DNA of 64,000 nt from positions 42,594,001 to 42,658,000 of the forward strand of contig OX597819.1 in the NCBI GenBank assembly GCA_951406725.2, read 5' to 3'. The translations under genes and the position numbers were made by a program. Source of the DNA: Octopus vulgaris (lineage: Eukaryota). The notes under the pieces were generated by a model. That model did no database searches and was not told the origin of the DNA. It saw only the letters and a program-made list of their open reading frames with translations. This document shows positions 61,263 through 64,000 of this stretch, one piece after another (positions within the stretch are counted from its first letter, which is position 1; the number at the start of each line of letters is the position of its first letter).

Positions 61263-61785
61263 GAAACTCACCATGATACCCTCGCCTTTCCTTTCAGTCA
61301 TCACTGCAACGGTCCTATTAGAACACCTTTTTTTATAAAACACTTCATCAAATTACATATTGCCTGTAAGATAGCTACCGCTACCATAAATAAGCATTCA
61401 GATTGCCACTAGTTTATTTAATCAAACCGTCAGATTTGAAATAATATGGAGGAATGCAACTAGTGATCATATACTACGTTTGCTTTAACTTCTATTCCAT
61501 TCACAGAATACAATTAATATAGCTTTCAATAGTATTATTGTAAAATTTTAGGCAAACAAGAAATAATAGTGCAGGGTAGTATAACATAAATACAGACCCC
61601 CAAAGAGGAAAACCGAATTTGGGAGCAAAACAAGACAGACGAAATACCACTAAGCATTTTGCCCAGCATGTTTAATGATTCTGCCAGCTCACCGCCTTAA
61701 ATGAGCTTACAAATAATATTAATTAAACTTTAAATCAGCATGCTAAGGAGTAGATTTCTGCACACACACCCACCGACTTTGGATA

Positions 61786-62026
61786 CTCTCTTTTACTTGT
61801 TTCAGTCATTTGACTGCGGCCATGCTGGAGCACCGCCTTTAGTCGAGCAAATCGATCCCAGGACTTGACGGGCTTCTTTCAGTTTCTATCTACCAAATCC
61901 ACTCACAAGGCTTTGGTCGGCCCGAGGCTATAGAAGACACTTGCCCAAGGTGCCACACAGTTGGACTGAACCCGGAACTATGTGGTTGGTAAGCAAGCTA
62001 CTTACCACACAGCCACTCCTGCGCCT
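61786..62026 (-). mobile_element. OR-type SINE with internal deletion
   Basis: 5' and 3' halves joined at CCCAGGACTT|GACGGGCTTC. Confidence 0.8.
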
Positions 62027-62034
62027 GGATGATC

Positions 62035-63990
62035 ATATTTTCAGAAAAATGGAGATTTTTTAATGAAATTGTCAACAAATGTGTTATATCCTGTAAGTTT
62101 TGAATATACAAAACTTGTGGGGGGGGGGGGGTGTTTAGAATGGGTGGGGTGCGGATCGTCTTAACTTTCGAGAAAATGGATATTTTTTTAATGAAATTCT
62201 CTACCAATATACCTCAGATTATGTTGATTCCGAGAACACAAGAATTTGGGGGGAAAACAATTGGAGGTTATTTTTGAGAACTGTTCCCCACTCAAGGGTG
62301 TTTCGGAAAAAGTCGTCCATGTTTCATTTTCTCCGATTTGTGCATCCGTAGATCTCTACCACTCTCCCTCACACAATGTAATTAAAAAAGTTCAAACGGG
62401 GAATTATTCCATTCAATATCATATTTACTATAGAGATTATGTAACAAATTATACTTTACACTTCTATATTTAACTATGCGTGTATATTATTTATTTTTGC
62501 TTCTGCCTTTCTATTAGTAACGTTTACCTGGGAATTTACTTAAAATAAAAAAAAGATCGTATGCAACGGATCTTTTCCTTTTGAACGGCACATGTCAACA
62601 CAATTTCTAGTTAACCACTTTTAAACTTCGTATACTGGTAGAATGTGTTTATAAAACATCATTTTTTCTTGGCTTTATTGAGAAAATTCTATAGGTTGTA
62701 ACATATTTCCACTTTAATTTCAAGCATTTCGGCAATCACTGGCGTCCATTTAGCTAAATAACATTCCGTGCTGTATGAATATGTCCCTCGTTTAAGAAAT
62801 AGATTGGGTTTATTTACATTTGCAAAGAAAAAAAAGATACCCTTCCCCCACCGCTAACCTTAAAACAGATTGAAATGCAATAGATCGATACTAGAGTTAT
62901 AATTATGGGTGACATTTTCATTTGACACCGCTAGAAAAAAATCCCATTTTCCGTAGCGGTGTCGTATGAAATTGTCACCCATAATTATAACCCTAGTATC
63001 GATCTATTGCATTTCAATCTGTTTTAAGGTTAGCGGTGGGGGAAGGGTATCTTTTTTTTCTTTGCAAATGTAAATAAACCCAATCTGTTTCTTAAACGAG
63101 GGACATATTCATACAGCACGGAATGTTATTTAGCTAAATGGACGCCAGTGATTGGTTAAAATTGCCGAAATGCTCGAAATTTCAGACGAAATATCTTACA
63201 AACTATAGAATTTTCTCAATAAAGCCAAGAAAAAATGATGTTTTATAAACACATTCTACCAGTATACGAAGTTTAAAAGTGTTTAGTTAACTAGAAATTG
63301 TGTTGACATGTGCCGTTCAAAAAGAAAAGATCCTATGCAACAGATAAGTCGTCTTAATAACATATTTCTGTGTACCAGACTAGTAGCTGTTATTTTTAGC
63401 ATAACGAATTTTCTGGTGAGGGCTTCATTTACGTGTTTGTTACTTCAGTAGAAATCTACGGATGCATAAACGCACAAAACGGAGAAAATGAAACATACAG
63501 ACGACTTACTTCCAAACACCCCCGAGTGGAGAATGGACCCCCAATTGATTTCCGCCAAATTCCTATGTTCTCGGAATCTACATAGTCCGAGATATATTTG
63601 TAGAGAATTTCATTAAAAAATATTCATTTTCTTGAAAGTTGAGACGAATTGAAGTGTACGCCAGTGAATTTTCCGAAATTCCCTATCCCCTCCTACCCCC
63701 CCCCCAAGTTTTGTATATTCGGAATCTACATGATATAACACATATTCGTAGAAAATTTCATTAAAAAATATCCATTTTTTAAAAAGTTATGATCACCCAA
63801 AGTCGGAGGGAGGGGCAGTAATCTGTAGTTATGCCAAAAAATATCATTTTCTTGAAAGTGTAGACGTATTGAAGTGGACGCCGAGGCTCGAAATAACAGC
63901 CAAATCTCACAAAACTGCGAAAACAATGAAATTTTGAAAATGCGATTTTTGGAAAAAAAATTTTCGGAATCGGGTCCTCCATAACTAAAA
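62035..63990. mobile_element. Older foldback-type element (inverted arms ~62035-62360 and ~63448-63860) hosting the Merlin palindrome
   Basis: CATGTTTCATTTTCTCCG..TGCATCCGTAGATCTCTAC versus GTAGAAATCTACGGATGCA..CGGAGAAAATGAAACAT; GAAAATGGATATTTTTTTAATGAAATT is mirrored. Confidence 0.6.
62568..63333. mobile_element. 766-bp palindromic Merlin-type MITE with 8-bp TSD
   Basis: Ends GGATCTTTTCCTTTTGAACGGCA and TGCCGTTCAAAAAGAAAAGATCC; TSD TATGCAAC on both sides; each arm is homologous to MITE 2268-2668. Confidence 0.88.
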
Positions 63991-64000
63991 ACGTGGGATT

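Overview
AT-rich, intron-containing animal genomic DNA, most likely an octopus or other coleoid cephalopod. This is inferred from the [16 protein letters not shown]-type zinc-finger arrays and the SINE/RTE repertoire; it was not checked against a database. The window holds part of a tandem C2H2 zinc-finger (ZNF) gene cluster: three intact arrays (9, 13 and 19 fingers) with a shared non-coding first exon and splice-acceptor module, plus two extra copies of the first exon. One extra copy, with its acceptor, now leads into a mariner transposase instead of a ZNF ORF. The rest is dense transposon material: two mariners, a Merlin (IS1595/ISXO2-type) transposase with related MITEs, a Crypton-like tyrosine-recombinase relic, Helitrons, RTE and CR1 LINEs, several SINE families, and many Penelope-like pieces. 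Several long palindromes carry type I hammerhead ribozyme motifs. Coordinates were read by eye, and repeat boundaries are approximate (about 10-30 bp) unless TIRs or TSDs are quoted.
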